DNA of 63,386 bases, the filler included, from Klebsormidium nitens (Eukaryota; Plantae; Klebsormidiophyceae): the NCBI GenBank assembly GCA_000708835.1. It is 4 parts of 4 records of this genome, joined end to end, with 100 filler letters (N's around TTAATTAATTAA, not from the genome) between each part and the next. Parts side by side here need not be neighbours in the genome. Positions count along the whole stretch, not along the records: positions 54,310 to 61,009 come from DF238339.1; positions 61,110 to 63,386 come from DF238720.1; 2 more parts are not named here. The stretch is one strand, 5' to 3'. Below are positions 59,700 to 63,386 of the stretch, piece after piece. Positions within the stretch are counted from its first letter, which is position 1; each line of letters begins with the position of its first letter. Position numbers and translations under genes: made by a program. The notes beneath the pieces are model-generated. The model was not told the DNA's origin and did not search any database. It saw only the letters and a list, made by a program, of their open reading frames with translations.

Positions 59700-61109
59700 G
59701 CTCACACAGAGACTTCAAAAAGAACACCTGCAAGCAAAAGCAATACAGGGTTAGCAAGATAATGAGAGAAACGTGCCTTGCTGACGCCCACAGATCACAA
59801 AACAAAGTTAGCAAGTTGATGAGAGAGAGAGTCGCTGGCCCAGCACCCAAAAGAAAACTCAAAACAAAAACAGTGCCATTGCATGATTTCTTGACCAGCC
59901 AACCCCCGACCCCTCTAGCTTTCTTTCAAACCATCAACCAAAACCCTGAAGCATATGTTTGGAGACAAAAGTACTGCCAAGAGCAGTCAGACTGCATATC
60001 AGTCGAAAGACTGGCACCATTTTCTTTCTGAATCAATAAAGAGCAGAAGACCCTTCACCGCGCTCACGCAACGACAGCGAGCATCCTATCAATCCACACC
60101 GAGCAACATGAGCAAGCAGCCAGCACAGGAGCAGCAAGCACAGAAGCCAAAACCAGGCAAAAAGAGCGGACAAGTATTGCAACCCTACCCTTACCTCACT
60201 GTGATTAGATGAAATGCATCTTTCTGCTGTGGTTCTTCAGGCACCTACCCTTTTCGTCCCTATCTTTCTGACTCATCAAAGAACCGACTCGACAAGGAAA
60301 CTGACGTATGGCAGGACATCCAGAAGCTTCTGTTCATGCACAAGAAACTGATGTGACAATGGCACGGAAGCATGGGACCATGTGTTCTGCCAGGCTCCAA
60401 TGCTTGAAATAAACATGCATCGTCTGCATGTTTCGCTCACCTCAGGTCTTGCCTAGAAGCCACAGCCCTTGGAATCTAGGCAAAAGCTCCGGTGAAAACC
60501 TCAGTCGTATCGTCAAGATTGCATGGCGCAGCGCACAGCTTGCAGGTGAATTCCGGTTCCGGAAGACCACATCAATCTGATGTTGGTGATCCTGACCCCT
60601 GCCATGCACCCTGCCAGCCTCTGACAGGTTGGACAGCCACGCAACACCATGCACGACCCAGATCGGCGGCCCACAGTCGGCGACACAGCAAATCCAATGG
60701 TCAAGCTTCGCTGTTTGAAAAATCGGCGGCTAGTTTGCAGCCGCAGGGCGCCTGCCGCCATAAGTTTCAAATTCAAAATAGCTCCTCCAAAGAGGGGCGC
60801 TGAACAGTGACCTTCTTCCTGCTCGAATTCGGCCTATCATTTATCGTGATTTTTGCCGAATTAATTAATTCAACGCCCCAGATTCGCCGACGGCGGCGAT
60901 CTTGGCATCCTACGGTTCTAGCGCGACTGATCACTTTGCCCCTAGGCTGGTTGTGAAGGCGACACTAAAGGATTTGTGTTGTCTGTGAAGCAGTGAAGCG
61001 GCTGGTGCGNNNNNNNNNNNNNNNNNNNNNNNNNNNNNNNNNNNNNNNNNNNNTTAATTAATTAANNNNNNNNNNNNNNNNNNNNNNNNNNNNNNNNNNN
61101 NNNNNNNNN

Positions 61110-62880
61110 TTGCGACGGGCCTTCCCTCTTTGGCACAAAATACAGCAGGAGATATACTTGGTAACATCCTCAGTCAAAGAAGGCCACCAAAACAAACGAC
61201 CAACGGCCTGTTTAACTTTGCCTATCCCATAGTGTCTCGCGCAGTAAGTGTCGTGATACTCAGAGATAACCTTTCTGCGCAGCTCAACGTCATCAGGGAC
61301 CACTATTCGGGATTCCCTTTTAAAGACAAAACCTTCCCAGGTGGTACTCAGCTGGTTTGAGTCCGCCCAGTTTGCATCTCGCTGGATTTTCTCAGACAAC
61401 TCCCGACTGCCTTCAATAAGGGGCTTGAGCAAGGAAGGACTCAAGTCAAAAGTCGGACTAGAAACACTTGGGTCACCACGAGCAGAAGCAGTCTGGCCGG
61501 ACACACTTCTGTTCTGGAACATTCTCCGGTTTGGTTTCGCTAAAGCAGCAGCAGCGAATACTGCACCAGAAGGCTGAGCCTTATCAGAGTCAACGCTCTG
61601 CAGCTGACTGGCAGTCACATTCCCCCCTGCTTAACGCATCAGCTACATTTCGTTCGCCTGTAAGGTATTCCCACTTAAACACCCCAAAGCGCTGAATGAA
61701 TTCTGACCAACGTGCTTGTCGCCGTGACAGACTAGGTTGCGTCTGGAAGAAACTGTTCGGCACGTGGTCTGTGAACACCGTAAATTGAGCTCCTTTCAGA
61801 TAGCACCGCCACACTCGCAAAGCATGAACAACAGCCAGCATCTCCTTCTCTGTAACTGTATAATTAAGCTCTGCCGAGTTTAACTTGCGAGATTCAAATG
61901 CAATAGGATACCCCTCTTGCAACAAGATCGAAACAAGACCATAGTCAGAAGCATCCGTAATAACTTCATAGGGCTTCTTCTCATCAGGAGTCCTAAGCAA
62001 CGGAGCTTCAGCTAGACTATGTTTAAGCTTCTCAAAAGCATCCTGACACCGTCCAGTCCAATCCCAGCCAACATATTTTTTCGTCAAGTTCGTCAATGGC
62101 ACTGCTATGGAAGAGTAGTGATCAATGAACTTGCGAAAATAGTTACACAGACCCAAGAACGACCGAACATCGTGAACGTTCTTAGGCACGGGCCAAAACT
62201 GAACAGCACTAACTTTCTTGGATCTGGACGAATGCCCTGAGCATTAACAATGTGCCCAGGTACTGAATCTCAGCCTGAGCAAACTTGGACTTTGCCTTTG
62301 TCATGTAAAACAGCTCGCGACGCAAAACATCCAGGACAAGACGCACGTGCGCTTGATGCTCCTTTTCTGACTTTGAGAATATCAAAATATCATCCAGATA
62401 CATCACAACAAACCTCTTCAGATAAGGTGCAAAGATTGCGTTCATCACAGTCTGAAACGTCGCCGGAGCATTCGTCAGACCCTCAATCAGGACCTTAAAT
62501 TGAAAGTGTCCAAAAGGCGTACGGAAAGCAGTCTTCGGACGATCTTCCTCAGAGATTAGAATCTGATGATAACCAGACGTCAGATCCAAAGAGGTAAAAT
62601 ACTGCGAGCCACTCACAGCATCCAACAGATCGTCAATACGTGGAATCGTACCTGTAGCGATTCTTAATGGTTATCGAGTTTCCAGGCCGATAATCAACAC
62701 ACAACCGAAGACCTCGACCATTAGGCTTAGGGACAAACAACACATGTGCATCATACGGGGATTGAGATACTTCCAGAATTCCCGCTTGCAATAACGCAGT
62801 GACCTGTTTTTCCAACTCACGATAATCCAACGGAGAAATATCGTCAATGATCGTGAGATGCCAATGCAGCTCGGCCTGGT
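61110..62880 (-). mobile_element. Degenerate Ty3/Gypsy LTR-retrotransposon pol (RT, RNase H, integrase Zn finger)
   Basis: SPYDAHVLFVPK..LRLCVDYR, LDLTSGYHQI..KTAFRTPFGHFQFKV..GLTNAPATFQ, MYLDDILIFS, VRSFLGLCNYFRKFI, ITDASDYG, EKEMLAVVHAL, TDH, HDTYCARHYG..WWPSL..CILCQ. Split over several frames. Confidence 0.95.
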
Positions 62881-62891
62881 TGAAATATCGG

Positions 62892-63386
62892 ATGATGAGA
62901 GCGCAACGCAAGAGCCCGAATCGCGGGGAGCCGCAGGCGGGGGAAGGCAAAGCGTTGGGACCGGCGGGAGGGCCAACTGCGGATGGGGACGAGGCCCTAG
63001 GAGCTGGAGGAGCGGCCGCCGGCGCAGTCTTCGCGTACTTAGACGAGGTCTACAAGGTGCGCGGGGCTCAAACAAGGAGAGTGGGCCCGGTGCAGAACCC
63101 GAGAGCGGCCCTGGTCCCGCACGTTGTGGAAGTCGACGAGGCGGGCCGGCGCGCGCTACCCCCAGGCTGGAGGTACAGGGAAGGGGGGAATCAGGTGGTA
63201 CACGCGGGCGCCCTCAGTTTTGATGGACGGCACTGGCGCGGCAAAGAAGAGTGGGAGATCCAGGACAGGGCGGACGCGCACATGGCGCTGGAGTTGCAGC
63301 GGGAGTGGCCACAATGGGTGCGCTTTGACGGGGCAGTTGCAGAGACAGCGACCCCTACCGCCGCCGGACCAGAACGAAACTCTGCT
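62892..63386 (+). CDS. Hypothetical open frame running off the window end
   Basis: Stop-free frame from ATG 62892 to the end (..AVFAYLDEVYKVR..LPPGWRYREGG..WRGKEEWEIQDRADAHMALELQREWPQW..). GC-rich and unrelated to the adjacent Gypsy sequence. Confidence 0.3.
   Translation, partial: MMRAQRKSPNRGEPQAGEGKALGPAGGPTADGDEALGAGGAAAGAVFAYLDEVYKVRGAQTRRVGPVQNPRAALVPHVVEVDEAGRRALPPGWRYREGGNQVVHAGALSFDGRHWRGKEEWEIQDRADAHMALELQREWPQWVRFDGAVAETATPTAAGPERNSA

Larger units (their letters stand above)
54419..60955 (+). mobile_element. 6537-bp TIR DNA transposon of the CMC/Transib-RAG1 clade with two convergent genes
   Basis: Perfect 15-bp TIRs CACAACCAGCCTAGG at 54419-54433 and 60941-60955 (reverse complement), on one gap-free contig. 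AA flanks both ends. Encloses a DDE transposase (+) and a second ORF (-). Confidence 0.88.

Overview
Intron-rich eukaryotic nuclear DNA. The gene content and GC-rich exons suggest a streptophyte green alga such as Klebsormidium (inference). There are six assembly gaps. The left third (1-22 kb) holds four apparently intact spliced genes: an ABCG half-transporter, an unknown secreted type-I membrane protein, an INT-type inositol transporter, and a DUF1084/TOM1-like protein. The rest is an accessory, repeat-rich zone. It holds an intronless ORF with a phage-type HNH endonuclease motif, a decaying extensin-like gene with exon-encoded 12-Cys modules plus a partial duplicate, MITEs, a circularly permuted L-aspartate oxidase pseudogene next to a kinesin-8 fragment, and a degenerate Ty3/Gypsy pol. 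The top candidate is a 6.5-kb DNA transposon (54419-60955) with perfect 15-bp CAC-initiated TIRs. It carries a spliced RAG1/Transib-like DDE transposase, with catalytic and Zn-binding motifs visible, and a second, convergently transcribed unknown gene, a layout that recalls ProtoRAG. All family calls come from motif recognition by eye; no searches were run. No rRNA, tRNA or CRISPR array was seen.
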